Part shown: piece by piece, positions 36,824 through 51,339 of the stretch | Numbering within the stretch: the stretch's first letter is position 1 | How the letters are laid out: each line of letters begins with the position of its first letter | NCBI RefSeq assembly: GCF_021869535.1 | Contig: NW_026262604.1 | Location: forward strand, 1,488,001-1,552,000 | Source: Mytilus californianus | Lineage: Eukaryota | DNA length: 64,000 nucleotides | Direction: 5' to 3' | Notes under the pieces: generated by a model | Seen by the model: the letters and a program-made list of their open reading frames with translations, nothing else | What the model was told of the DNA's origin: nothing | The model's database searches: none | Program-made: the position numbers and the translations under genes

Positions 36824-39800
36824 TGCTTCTTTTTGGCCCCTTATTCCTACATGTTCAGGGAAATTAATCCCAAACTCAATCCAAGCCTTCCCATTGTTAT
36901 ATGAAACCTTGTGGTACAATGTCAGAGAGATCCATACAGTTACACACAAGTTATTGTTAACATTGTGATGTACTAGATGTTGAGTTTCATTTCTTTTTTA
37001 AATGTAAAAAAAAGGAACAATTAAGAAAAGAATTTTTAAATGAAAATAAATATTATAACTTAAAATGATATAGATAAATTAAAACATATTTTCAATCCTG
37101 AAACAAAACAGGACACTTACAAATTAGGCTCCTTTATAAAAAAGTCACTAAGACTGAGGGCAGGGAGTCCTTGATATAATTTGAATCTCTAATATATATA
37201 TATATATTGATTTAAAGAAAGACAAGAATTATAGTTCAAAGTATCTGCATTGTTTATTGTCATTGTTTATATGTAAACTGTATATCATGTATAATGTTTT
37301 AATCCATTGTCCCATTATGGGCGTAAAAGTGATTTTCAATAAAGTTTATAGTTTAAAGTTAATTTTTATTTTTTTTAATTCTTACTATATATTTAGCAAT
37401 AGAGAAGTCAGACTCCAGCCTCTGTAATTGGGCCTCTTTACGTTCAAGTTCCCTATGAATTTCCTCTGTGTTCAGACTCAGTCTTTAGATCTCTTCTTCC
37501 CTTGACATCAGCTGGAAATACAAAAGATAGGTTTAGCTAAACAGTCATTTAAGAATAAATGGGTAAAAATATGGATGAGATATTTTGTATAAAGCGATCT
37601 GCTACAGTCCCTTCATGACGCCAAATGATAAGAAATGCTCAATAAGCCCTTCGGGATGGTGAGCTAAAAAAAAATTACAGCTTATCATCTCAAGACAATC
37701 ATCATTTCTTAATACATAATTTTCAAGCATTTTGTTATCAGTAAATTAAAAGCAAACTAAATATTACTAGTATGTTATATACATATACACATTCATGGAT
37801 CTACAATCTGTCGATACCTGTATCTTGGCATTGCACAAGGTCATGTTTTTCTCCGACTGTTTATGACGTCTTTACACTAAATCCAGTGGATGTTGGATGT
37901 GTACGGATTGATAATTTAGTCTTAGCTGCATGATTTTTTTATTAGTTGTTAGTGGCTTTGAACTAGCTGTCAGTTAACTGCGAGTACTCTCAGATCGGTT
38001 CAGTGTCTTTTTGTTGTTGGGATGTACAAGTACCCGGCCTCGTCCACTTGTATTTTTGTTCATCTGATCAGTTAAGCCTTTTTCAACTGATTTTTATAGG
38101 AATCGTTCTTATGTTGTATTGTTATACCACTGTCCCAAGTTAGGGGAGGGTTGGGATCCCGCTAACATGTTTAACCCCGCCACATTATGTATGTATGTGC
38201 CTGTCCAAAGTCAGGAGCCTGTAATTCAGTGGTTGTCGCTTGTTTATGGGTTACATATTAGTTTTTCGTTCATTTATTTAAATAAATAAGGCCATTAGTT
38301 TTCTCGTTTGAATTGTTTAACATTGTCATTTCGGGGCCTTTTATAACTGACTATGTGGTATGGGCTTTGCTCATTTTTGAAGGCCGTTAGTTACCTATAG
38401 ATGTTAATTTCTGTGTCATTTTGGTCTCTTGTGGAGAGTTGTCTCATTTGCAATCATACCACATCTTCTTTTATATAAGTAAGGTAATCAAACATATCTA
38501 TAAAAGTTTTCTTTAAATGGAATTGGAGAACCTCCCTTACACTGCTTTTAAATTGTCTAAATTGTCCTTTAACCAGAAAAAAACCCTTGTTTCCCCCTTT
38601 TTTTGCCCCTATTGGCTAAATGTTGTGAGCCATAACCCCCATAACCCATCCTTGTGTAGTATGCAAACTTGTGGTATAATTTCAGAGAGTCATTTATACA
38701 CTTATTGTCTGTAAACAAGAAAAATGCTTCTTTTTGGTCCCTTATTCCTACATGTTCAGGGAAATTAATCCCAAACTCAATCCAAGCCTTCCCATTGTTA
38801 TATGAAACCTTGTGGTACAATGTCAGAGAGATCCATACAGTTACACACAAGTTATTGTTAACATTGTGATGTACTAGATAATGAGTTTCATTTCTTTTTT
38901 AAATGTAAAATAAATGAACAATTAAGAAAAGAATTTTTAAATGAAAATAAATATAATAACTTAAAATGATATAGATCAATTAAAACATATTTTCAATCCT
39001 GAAACAAAACAGGACACTTACAAATTAGGCTCCTTTGTAAAAGTTACTAAGACTGAGGGCAGGGAGTCCTTGATATAATTTGGATCTCTTATATATATAT
39101 TGACTTAAAGAAAGACAAGAATTATAGTTCAAAGTGTCTGCATTGTTTATTGTCATTGTTTATATGTAAACTGTATATCATGTATAATGTTTTAATCCAT
39201 TGGCCCATATGGGCGTAAAGTGATTTTCAATAAAGTTTTAAGTTTAAAGTTAATTTTAATATTTTTTTAATTCTTACTATATCTTCAGACTTTCTTCTTT
39301 AGCAATAGAGAAGTCGGACTCCAGCCTCTGTAATTGGGCCTCTTTATGTTCAAGTTCCCTATGAATTTCCTCTTGTGTTCAGACTCAGTCTTTGGATTTC
39401 TTCTTCCCTTGACATGAGCTGGAAATACAAAAGATAGGTTTAGCTAAACAGTCATTTAAGAATAAATGGGTAAAAATATGGATGAGACATTTTGTATAAA
39501 GCGATCTGCTACAGTCCCTTCATGACGCCAAGTGATGAGAAATGCTCAATTGGCCCTTTGGGATGGTGAGCTAAAAAAAATTACAGCTTATCATCTCAAG
39601 ACAATCATCATTTCTTAATACATAATTTTCAAGCATTTTGTTATCAGTAAATTAAAAGCAAACTAAATATTACTAGTATGTTATATACATATACACATTC
39701 ATGGATCTACAATCTGTCGATACCTGTATCTTGGCATTGCACAAGGTCATGTATTTCTCCGACTGTTTATGACGTCTTTACACTAAATCCAGTGGATGTT

Positions 39801-42800
39801 GGATGTGTACGGATTGATAATTTAGTCTGAGCTGCATGATTTTTTTTATTAGTTAGTGGCTTTGAACTAGCTGTCAGTTAACTGCGAGTACTCTCAGATC
39901 GGTTCAGTGTCTTTTTTTTTGTTGGGATGTACAAGTACCCGGCCTCGTCCACTTGTATTTTTGTTCATCTGATGAGTTAAGCCTTTTTCAACTGATTTTT
40001 TATAGGAATCGTTCTTATGTTGTATTGTTATACCACTGTTCCAGGTTAGGGGAGGGTTGGGATCCCGCTAACATGTTTAACCCCGCCACATTATGTATGT
40101 ATGTGCCTGTCCCAAGTCAGGAGCCTGTAATTCAGTGGTTGTCGCTTGTTTATGGGTTACATATTAGTTTTTCGTTCATTTATTTAAATAAATAAGGCCA
40201 TTAGTTTTCTCGTTTGAATTGTTTAACATTGTCATTTCGGGGCCTTTTATAGCTGACTATGTGGTATGGGCTTTGCTCATTTTTGAAGGCCGTTAGTTAC
40301 CTAAAGATGTTAATTTCTGTGTCATTTTGGTCTCTTGTGGAGAGTTGTCTCATTTGCAATCATACCACATCTTCTTTTATATAAGTAAGGTAATCAAACA
40401 TATCTATAAAAGTTTTCTTTAAATGGAATTGGAGAACCTCCCTTACACTGCTTTTACATTGTCTAAATTGTCCTTTAACCAGAAAAACCCTTGTTTTTCC
40501 CCTTTTTTTGCCCCTATTGGCTAAATGTTGTGAGCCATAACCCCCATAACCCATCCTTGTGTAGTATGCAAACTTGTGGTATAATTTCAGAGAGTCATTT
40601 ATACACTTATTGTCTGTAAACAAGAAAAATGCTTCTTTTTGGTCCCTTATTCCTACATGTTCAGGGAAATTAATCCCAAACTCAATCCAAGCCTTCCCAT
40701 TGTTATATGAAACCTTGTGGTACAATGTCAGAGAGATCCATACAGTTACACACAAGTTATTGTTAACATTGTGATGTACTAGATAATGAGTTTCATTTCT
40801 TTTTTAAATGTAAAATAAATGAACAATTAAGAAAAGAATTTTTAAATGAAAATAAATATAATAACTTAAAATGATATAGATCAATTAAAACATATTTTCA
40901 ATCCTGAAACAAAACAGGACACTTACAAATTAGGCTCCTTTGTAAAAGTTACTAAGACTGAGGGCAGGGAGTCCTTGATATAATTTGGATCTCTTATATA
41001 TATATTGACTTAAAGAAAGACAAGAATTATAGTTCAAAGTGTCTGCATTGTTTATTGTCATTGTTTATATGTAAACTGTATATCATGTATAATGTTTTAA
41101 TCCATTGGCCCATATGGGCGTAAAGTGATTTTCAATAAAGTTTTAAGTTTAAAGTTAATTTTAATATTTTTTTAATTCTTACTATATCTTCAGACTTTCT
41201 TCTTTAGCAATAGAGAAGTCGGACTCCAGCCTCTGTAATTGGGCCTCTTTATGTTCAAGTTCCCTATGAATTTCCTCTTGTGTTCAGACTCAGTCTTTGG
41301 ATTTCTTCTTCCCTTGACATGAGCTGGAAATACAAAAGATAGGTTTAGCTAAACAGTCATTTAAGAATAAATGGGTAAAAATATGGATGAGACATTTTGT
41401 ATAAAGCGATCTGCTACAGTCCCTTCATGACGCCAAGTGATGAGAAATGCTCAATTGGCCCTTTGGGATGGTGAGCTAAAAAAAATTACAGCTTATCATC
41501 TCAAGACAATCATCATTTCTTAATACATAATTTTCAAGCATTTTGTTATCAGTAAATTAAAAGCAAACTAAATATTACTAGTATGTTATATACATATACA
41601 CATTCATGGATCTACAATCTGTCGATACCTGTATCTTGGCATTGCACAAGGTCATGTATTTCTCCGACTGTTTATGACGTCTTTACACTAAATCCAGTGG
41701 ATGTTGGATGTGTACGGATTGATAATTTAGTCTGAGCTGCATGATTTTTTTTATTAGTTAGTGGCTTTGAACTAGCTGTCAGTTAACTGCGAGTACTCTC
41801 AGATCGGTTCAGTGTCTTTTTTTTTGTTGGGATGTACAAGTACCCGGCCTCGTCCACTTGTATTTTTGTTCATCTGATGAGTTAAGCCTTTTTCAACTGA
41901 TTTTTTATAGGAATCGTTCTTATGTTGTATTGTTATACCACTGTTCCAGGTTAGGGGAGGGTTGGGATCCCGCTAACATGTTTAACCCCGCCACATTATG
42001 TATGTATGTGCCTGTCCCAAGTCAGGAGCCTGTAATTCAGTGGTTGTCGCTTGTTTATGGGTTACATATTAGTTTTTCGTTCATTTATTTAAATAAATAA
42101 GGCCATTAGTTTTCTCGTTTGAATTGTTTAACATTGTCATTTCGGGGCCTTTTATAGCTGACTATGTGGTATGGGCTTTGCTCATTTTTGAAGGCCGTTA
42201 GTTACCTAAAGATGTTAATTTCTGTGTCATTTTGGTCTCTTGTGGAGAGTTGTCTCATTTGCAATCATACCACATCTTCTTTTATATAAGTAAGGTAATC
42301 AAACATATCTATAAAAGTTTTCTTTAAATGGAATTGGAGAACCTCCCTTACACTGCTTTTACATTGTCTAAATTGTCCTTTAACCAGAAAAACCCTTGTT
42401 TTTCCCCTTTTTTTGCCCCTATTGGCTAAATGTTGTGAGCCATAACCCCCATAACCCATCCTTGTGTAGTATGCAAACTTGTGGTATAATTTCAGAGAGT
42501 CATTTATACACTTATTGTCTGTAAACAAGAAAAATGCTTCTTTTTGGTCCCTCATTCCTACATGTTCAGGGAAATTAATCCCAAACTCAATCCAAGCCTT
42601 CCCATTGTTATATGAAACCTTGTGGTACAATGTCAGAGAGATCCATACAGTTACACACAAGTTATTGTTAACATTGTGATGTACTAGATGATGAGTTTCA
42701 TTTCTTTTTTAAATGTAAAATAAATGAACAATTAAGAAAAGAATTTTTAAATGAAAATAAATATAATAACTCAAAATGATAAGATAAATTAAAACATATT

Positions 42801-45800
42801 TTCAATCCTGAAACAAAACAGGACACTTACAAATTAGGCTCCTTTTTAAAAGTCACTAAGACTGAGGGCAGGGAGTCCTTGATATAATTTGGATCTCTTA
42901 TATATATATTGACTTCAAGAAAAACAAGAATTATAGTTCAAAGTGTCTGCATTGTTTGTTGCCATTGTTTATATGTAAACCGTATAACATGTATAATGTT
43001 TTAATCCATTGGCCCATATGGGCGTAAAGTGATTTTCAATAAAGTTTTAAGTTTAAAGTTAATTTTAATATTTTTTATATCTTACTATATCTTCAGACTT
43101 TCTTCTTTCTTCTTTAGCAATAGAGAAGTCAGACTCCAGCCTCTGTTATTGGGCCTCTTTATGTTCAAGTTCCCTATGAATCTCCTCTGTGTTCAGACTC
43201 AGTCTTTGGATCTCTTCTTCCCTTGACATCAGCTGGAAATACAAAAGATAGGTTTAGCTAAACAGTCATCTAAGAATAAATGGGTAAAAATATGGATGAG
43301 ATATTTTGTATAAAGCGATCTGCTACAGTCCCTTCATGACGCCAAGTGATAAGAAATGCTCAATTGGCCCTTCGGGATGGTGAGCTAAAAAAAATTACAG
43401 CTTATCATCTCAAGACAATCATCATTTCTTAATACATAATTTTCAAGCATTTTGTTATCAGTAAATTAAAAGCAAACTAAATATTACTAGTATGTTATAT
43501 ACATATACACATTCAAGGATCTACAATCTGTCGATACCTGTATCTTGGCATTGCACAAGGTCATGTTTTTCTCCGACTGTTTCTGACGTCTTTACACTAA
43601 ATCCAGTGGATGTTGGATGTGTACGGATTGATAATTTAGTCTTAGCTGCATGATTTTTTTATTAGTTGTTAGTGGCTTTGAACTAGCTGTCAGTTAACTG
43701 CGAGTACTCTCAGATCTGTTCAGTGTCTTTTTGTTGTTTGGATGTACAAGTACCCGGCCTCGTCCACTTGTATTTTTGTTCATCTGATGAGTTAAGCCTT
43801 TTTCAACTGATTTTTATAGGAATCGTTCTTATGTTGTATTGTTATACCACTGTCCCAGGTTAGGGGAGGGTTGGGATCCCGCTAACATGTTTAACCCCGC
43901 CACATTATGTATGTATGTGCCTGTCCAAAGTCAGGAGCCTGTAATTCAGTGGTTGTCGCTTGTTTATGGGTTACATATTAGTTTTTCGTTCATTTATTTA
44001 AATAAATAAGGCCATTAGTTTTCTCGTTTGAATTGTTTAACATTGTCATTTCGGGGCCTTTTATAGCTGACTATGTGGTATGGGCTTTGCTCATTTTTGA
44101 AGGCCGTTAGTTACCTATAGATGTTAATTTCTGTGTCATTTTGGTCTCTTGTGGAGAGTTGTCTCATTTGCAATCATACCACATCTTCTTTTATATAAGT
44201 AAGGTAATCAAACATATCTATAAAAGTTTTCTTTAAATGGAATTGGAGAACCTCCCTTACACTGCTTTTAAATTGTCTAAATTGTCCTTTAACCAGAAAA
44301 ACCCTTGTTTTCCCCCTTTTTTTGCCCCTATTGGCTAAATGTTGTGAGCCATAACCCCCATAACCCATCCTTGTGTAGTATGCAAACTTGTGGTATAATT
44401 TCAGAGAGTCATTTATACACTTATTGTCTGTAAACAAGAAAAATGCTTCTTTTTGGTCCCTTATTCCTACATGTTCAGGGAAATTAATCCCAAACTCAAT
44501 CCAAGCCTTCCCATTGTTATATGAAACCTTGTGGTACAATGTCAGAGAGATCCATACAGTTACACACAAGTTATTGTTAACATTGTGATGTACTAGATAA
44601 TGAGTTTCATTTCTTTTTTAAATGTAAAATAAATGAACAATTAAGAAAAGAATTTTTAAATGAAAATAAATATAATAACTTAAAATGATATAGATCAATT
44701 AAAACATATTTTCAATCCTGAAACAAAACAGGACACTTACAAATTAGGCTCCTTTGTAAAAGTTACTAAGACTGAGGGCAGGGAGTCCTTGATATAATTT
44801 GGATCTCTTATATATATATTGACTTAAAGAAAGACAAGAATTATAGTTCAAAGTGTCTGCATTGTTTATTGTCATTGTTTATATGTAAACTGTATATCAT
44901 GTATAATGTTTTAATCCATTGGCCCATATGGGCGTAAAGTGATTTTCAATAAAGTTTTAAGTTTAAAGTTAATTTTAATATTTTTTTAATTCTTACTATA
45001 TCTTCAGACTTTCTTCTTTAGCAATAGAGAAGTCGGACTCCAGCCTCTGTAATTGGGCCTCTTTATGTTCAAGTTCCCTATGAATTTCCTCTTGTGTTCA
45101 GACTCAGTCTTTGGATTTCTTCTTCCCTTGACATGAGCTGGAAATACAAAAGATAGGTTTAGCTAAACAGTCATTTAAGAATAAATGGGTAAAAATATGG
45201 ATGAGACATTTTGTATAAAGCGATCTGCTACAGTCCCTTCATGACGCCAAGTGATGAGAAATGCTCAATTGGCCCTTTGGGATGGTGAGCTAAAAAAAAT
45301 TACAGCTTATCATCTCAAGACAATCATCATTTCTTAATACATAATTTTCAAGCATTTTGTTATCAGTAAATTAAAAGCAAACTAAATATTACTAGTATGT
45401 TATATACATATACACATTCATGGATCTACAATCTGTCGATACCTGTATCTTGGCATTGCACAAGGTCATGTATTTCTCCGACTGTTTATGACGTCTTTAC
45501 ACTAAATCCAGTGGATGTTGGATGTGTACGGATTGATAATTTAGTCTGAGCTGCATGATTTTTTTATTAGTTAGTGGCTTTGAACTAGCTGTCAGTTAAC
45601 TGCGAGTACTCTCAGATCGGTTCAGTGTCTTTTTTTTGTTGGGATGTACAAGTACCCGGCCTCGTCCACTTGTATTTTTGTTCATCTGATGAGTTAAGCC
45701 TTTTTCAACTGATTTTTTATAGGAATCGTTCTTATGTTGTATTGTTATACCACTGTTCCAGGTTAGGGGAGGGTTGGGATCCCGCTAACATGTTTAACCC

Positions 45801-48800
45801 CGCCACATTATGTATGTATGTGCCTGTCCCAAGTCAGGAGCCTGTAATTCAGTGGTTGTCGCTTGTTTATGGGTTACATATTAGTTTTTCGTTCATTTAT
45901 TTAAATAAATAAGGCCATTAGTTTTCTCGTTTGAATTGTTTAACATTGTCATTTCGGGGCCTTTTATAGCTGACTATGTGGTATGGGCTTTGCTCATTTT
46001 TGAAGGCCGTTAGTTACCTAAAGATGTTAATTTCTGTGTCATTTTGGTCTCTTGTGGAGAGTTGTCTCATTTGCAATCATACCACATCTTCTTTTATATA
46101 AGTAAGGTAATCAAACATATCTATAAAAGTTTTCTTTAAATGGAATTGGAGAACCTCCCTTACACTGCTTTTACATTGTCTAAATTGTCCTTTAACCAGA
46201 AAAACCCTTGTTTTTCCCCTTTTTTTGCCCCTATTGGCTAAATGTTGTGAGCCATAACCCCCATAACCCATCCTTGTGTAGTATGCAAACTTGTGGTATA
46301 ATTTCAGAGAGTCATTTATACACTTATTGTCTGTAAACAAGAAAAATGCTTCTTTTTGGTCCCTCATTCCTACATGTTCAGGGAAATTAATCCCAAACTC
46401 AATCCAAGCCTTCCCATTGTTATATGAAACCTTGTGGTACAATGTCAGAGAGATCCATACAGTTACACACAAGTTATTGTTAACATTGTGATGTACTAGA
46501 TGATGAGTTTCATTTCTTTTTTAAATGTAAAATAAATGAACAATTAAGAAAACAATTTTTAAATGAAAATAAATATAATAACTCAAAATGATAAGATAAA
46601 TTAAAACATATTTTCAATCCTGAAACAAAACAGGACACTTACAAATTAGGCTCCTTTTTAAAAGTCACTAAGACTGAGGGCAGGGAGTCCTTGATATAAT
46701 TTGGATCTCTTATATATATATTGACTTCAAGAAAAACAAGAATTATAGTTCAAAGTGTCTGCATTGTTTGTTGCCATTGTTTATATGTAAACCGTATAAC
46801 ATGTATAATGTTTTAATCCATTGGCCCATATGGGCGTAAAGTGATTTTCAATAAAGTTTTAAGTTTAAAGTTAATTTTAATATTTTTTATATCTTACTAT
46901 ATCTTCAGACTTTCTTCTTTCTTCTTTAGCAATAGAGATGTCAGACTCCAGCCTCTGTTATTGGGCCTCTTTATGTTCAAGTTCCCTATGAATCTCCTCT
47001 GTGTTCAGACTCAGTCTTTGGATCTCTTCTTCCCTTGACATCAGCTGGAAATACAAAAGATAGGTTTAGCTAAACAGTCATCTAAGAATAAATGGGTAAA
47101 AATATGGATGAGATATTTTGTATAAAGCGATCTGCTACAGTCCCTTCATGACGCCAAGTGATAAGAAATGCTCAATTGGCCCTTCGGGATGGTGAGCTAA
47201 AAAAAATTACAGCTTATCATCTCAAGACAATCATCATTTCTTAATACATAATTTTCAAGCATTTTGTTATCAGTAAATTAAAAGCAAACTAAATATTACT
47301 AGTATGTTATATACATATACACATTCATGGATCTACAATCTGTCGATACCTGTATCTTGGCATTGCACAAGGTCATGTTTTTCTCCGACTGTTTCTGACG
47401 TCTTTACACTAAATCCAGTGGATGTTGGATGTGTACGGATTGATAATTTAGTCTTAGCTGCATGATTTTTTTATTAGTTGTTAGTGGCTTTGAACTAGCT
47501 GTCAGTTAACTGCGAGTACTCTCAGATCTGTTCAGTGTCTTTTTGTTGTTTGGATGTACAAGTACCCGGCCTCGTCCACTTGTATTTTTGTTCATCTGAT
47601 GAGTTAAGCCTTTTTCAACTGATTTTTATAGGAATCGTTCTTATGTTGTATTGTTATACCACTGTCCCAGGTTAGGGGAGGGTTGGGATCCCGCTAACAT
47701 GTTTAACCCCGCCACATTATGTATGTATGTGCCTGTCCAAAGTCAGGAGCCTGTAATTCAGTGGTTGTCGCTTGTTTATGGGTTACATATTAGTTTTTCG
47801 TTCATTTATTTAAATAAATAAGGCCATTAGTTTTCTCGTTTGAATTGTTTAACATTGTCATTTCGGGGCCTTTTATAGCTGACTATGTGGTATGGGCTTT
47901 GCTCATTTTTGAAGGCCGTTAGTTACCTATAGATGTTAATTTCTGTGTCATTTTGGTCTCTTGTGGAGAGTTGTCTCATTTGCAATCATACCACATCTTC
48001 TTTTATATAAGTAAGGTAATCAAACATATCTATAAAAGTTTTCTTTAAATGGAATTGGAGAACCTCCCTTACACTGCTTTTAAATTGTCTAAATTGTCCT
48101 TTAACCAGAAAAACCCTTGTTTTTCCCCTTTTTTTGCCCCTATTGGCTAAATGTTGTGAGCCATAACCCCCATAACCCATCCTTGTGTAGTATGCAAACT
48201 TGTGGTATAATTTCAGAGAGTCATTTATACACTTATTGTCTGTAAACAAGAAAAATGCTTCTTTTTGGTCCCTTATTCCTACATGTTCAGGGAAATTAAT
48301 CCCAAACTCAATCCAAGCCTTCCCATTGTTATATGAAACCTTGTGGTACAATGTCAGAGAGATCCATACAGTTACACACAAGTTATTGTTAACATTGTGA
48401 TGTACTAGATAATGAGTTTCATTTCTTTTTTAAATGTAAAATAAATGAACAATTAAGAAAAGAATTTTTAAATGAAAATAAATATAATAACTTAAAATGA
48501 TATAGATCAATTAAAACATATTTTCAATCCTGAAACAAAACAGGACACTTACAAATTAGGCTCCTTTGTAAAAGTTACTAAGACTGAGGGCAGGGAGTCC
48601 TTGATATAATTTGGATCTCTTATATATATATTGACTTAAAGAAAGACAAGAATTATAGTTCAAAGTGTCTGCATTGTTTATTGTCATTGTTTATATGTAA
48701 ACTGTATATCATGTATAATGTTTTAATCCATTGGCCCATATGGGCGTAAAGTGATTTTCAATAAAGTTTTAAGTTTAAAGTTAATTTTAATATTTTTTTA

Positions 48801-50545
48801 ATTCTTACTATATCTTCAGACTTTCTTCTTTAGCAATAGAGAAGTCGGACTCCAGCCTCTGTAATTGGGCCTCTTTATGTTCAAGTTCCCTATGAATTTC
48901 CTCTTGTGTTCAGACTCAGTCTTTGGATTTCTTCTTCCCTTGACATGAGCTGGAAATACAAAAGATAGGTTTAGCTAAACAGTCATTTAAGAATAAATGG
49001 GTAAAAATATGGATGAGACATTTTGTATAAAGCGATCTGCTACAGTCCCTTCATGACGCCAAGTGATGAGAAATGCTCAATTGGCCCTTTGGGATGGTGA
49101 GCTAAAAAAAATTACAGCTTATCATCTCAAGACAATCATCATTTCTTAATACATAATTTTCAAGCATTTTGTTATCAGTAAATTAAAAGCAAACTAAATA
49201 TTACTAGTATGTTATATACATATACACATTCATGGATCTACAATCTGTCGATACCTGTATCTTGGCATTGCACAAGGTCATGTATTTCTCCGACTGTTTA
49301 TGACGTCTTTACACTAAATCCAGTGGATGTTGGATGTGTACGGATTGATAATTTAGTCTGAGCTGCATGATTTTTTTATTAGTTAGTGGCTTTGAACTAG
49401 CTGTCAGTTAACTGCGAGTACTCTCAGATCGGTTCAGTGTCTTTTTTTTGTTGGGATGTACAAGTACCCGGCCTCGTCCACTTGTATTTTTGTTCATCTG
49501 ATGAGTTAAGCCTTTTTCAACTGATTTTTTATAGGAATCGTTCTTATGTTGTATTGTTATACCACTGTTCCAGGTTAGGGGAGGGTTGGGATCCCGCTAA
49601 CATGTTTAACCCCGCCACATTATGTATGTATGTGCCTGTCCCAAGTCAGGAGCCTGTAATTCAGTGGTTGTCGCTTGTTTATGGGTTACATATTAGTTTT
49701 TCGTTCATTTATTTAAATAAATAAGGCCATTAGTTTTCTCGTTTGAATTGTTTAACATTGTCATTTCGGGGCCTTTTATAGCTGACTATGTGGTATGGGC
49801 TTTGCTCATTTTTGAAGGCCGTTAGTTACCTAAAGATGTTAATTTCTGTGTCATTTTGGTCTCTTGTGGAGAGTTGTCTCATTTGCAATCATACCACATC
49901 TTCTTTTATATAAGTAAGGTAATCAAACATATCTATAAAAGTTTTCTTTAAATGGAATTGGAGAACCTCCCTTACACTGCTTTTACATTGTCTAAATTGT
50001 CCTTTAACCAGAAAAACCCTTGTTTTCCCCCTTTTTTTGCCCCTATTGGCTAAATGTTGTGAGCCATAACCCCCATAACCCATCCTTGTGTAGTATGCAA
50101 ACTTGTGGTATAATTTCAGAGAGTCATTTATACACTTATTGTCTGTAAACAAGAAAAATGCTTCTTTTTGGTCCCTCATTCCTACATGTTCAGGGAAATT
50201 AATCCCAAACTCAATCCAAGCCTTCCCATTGTTAAATGAAACCGTGTGGTACAATGTCAGAGAGATCCATACAGTTACACACAAGTTATTGTTAACATTG
50301 TGATGTTCTAGATGATGAGTTTCATTTCTTTTTTAAATGTAAAATAAATGAACAATTAAGAAAATAATTTTTAAATGAAAATAAATATAATAACTTAAAA
50401 TGATATAGATAAATTAAAACATATTTTCAATCCTGAAACAAAACAGGACACTTACAAATTAAGGTCCTTTTTAAAAGTCACTAAGACTGAGGGCAGGGAG
50501 TCCTTGGTATAATTTGGATCTCTTAATATATATATATATATATAC
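36819..50545. repeat. Tandem array of ~1.9-kb units (~7.2 copies) with a 3.8-kb higher-order dimer
   Basis: An identical short ORF ends at 36968, 38869, 40774, 42679, 44588, 46491, 48400 and 50303 (periods 1901-1909). Two unit variants alternate with period 3812 from 42.5 kb. Confidence 0.97.
43086..43232 (-). pseudogene. Captured 147-nt coiled-coil exon (representative copy; present in each full array unit)
   Basis: TTTTGTATTTCCAG|LMSREEEIQRLSLNTEEIHRELEHKEAQ*QRLESDFSIAKEERRKSEDI|GTAAG. Every copy has a stop or indel. Confidence 0.7.
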
Positions 50546-51021
50546 CAGTCATTACCTTTAAATTCTTTACAGGAATGTGCTGTTGCCTGAAGAGGTTGGT
50601 CTGATGATGTGTTGGTTTCATTGACACTAACATACGCCTGAACATCCATCCATACTTGATCGCCAATTTAAGTTTTAGTGGGCGTGATATTGCTGGTTTT
50701 GGTATACTAGTATAAATTAGCCCTGTCAAAGGGAAGTTTTCTTGATTTGTGCACTATTTGCTTTGATGGGGTAGCTATGATTAGGAATGGATGTATGGTT
50801 GTATGTCTCCCATCAACAACGTGGTTGCTGCACACATATGCATGTTTTTTTTACATTAGCAACGGTATAATCTTTCCTGCCACAAGCTTTTACCCTTTGT
50901 AGAGTTTCTGCAATCTTGTTTTTGGCTTTGGTATAGGGAAGAATTCCACTCCTGACATATGAGGTTTATGCTTGTACCGATCATCGTTGTTGCATGTTCC
51001 CCAAACACAACGTTTTACCAT
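50545..51021 (-). pseudogene. THAP zinc-finger gene remnant (likely transposon-borne), truncated at the array
   Basis: MVKRCVWGTC...FFPIPKPK...(W)VKACGR...YVCSNH, the C2CH THAP pattern, with two frameshifts. Confidence 0.8.
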
Positions 51022-51339
51022 TGTTTGTAACTTTGTTTATATTTTCGCGGAAAAAAACTTGTCGGGTATCACGTGACGTTGGCCGCCTACGGTACGCATA
51101 ACCGCTTACATCAAATTTGATGTGGGGTCGACTATTGTAAGGATCTACCAATCAGAAAACGCATGTGAGTACCAATAATAGACCTCTTGAAGTTTTCGAT
51201 TTTATGTGTATTGTTAGGGTTGGTGTCTTCCTGAAAAATACGGTCTCATTTTGTTCAGAATTGCAAAAAATAACTGTCCGTAAACTTTTCTATTTCAGAT
51301 TAAAAGTATCCACATATTTAAGGCCATATTTTTAGACAG

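Noticed and set aside
38569-50303. Repeated 131-aa, 66-aa and 80-95-aa ORFs in the tandem array
   Set aside because: No recognisable domain. They cross intron, UTR and interspersed-repeat boundaries and recur only because the unit is repeated.
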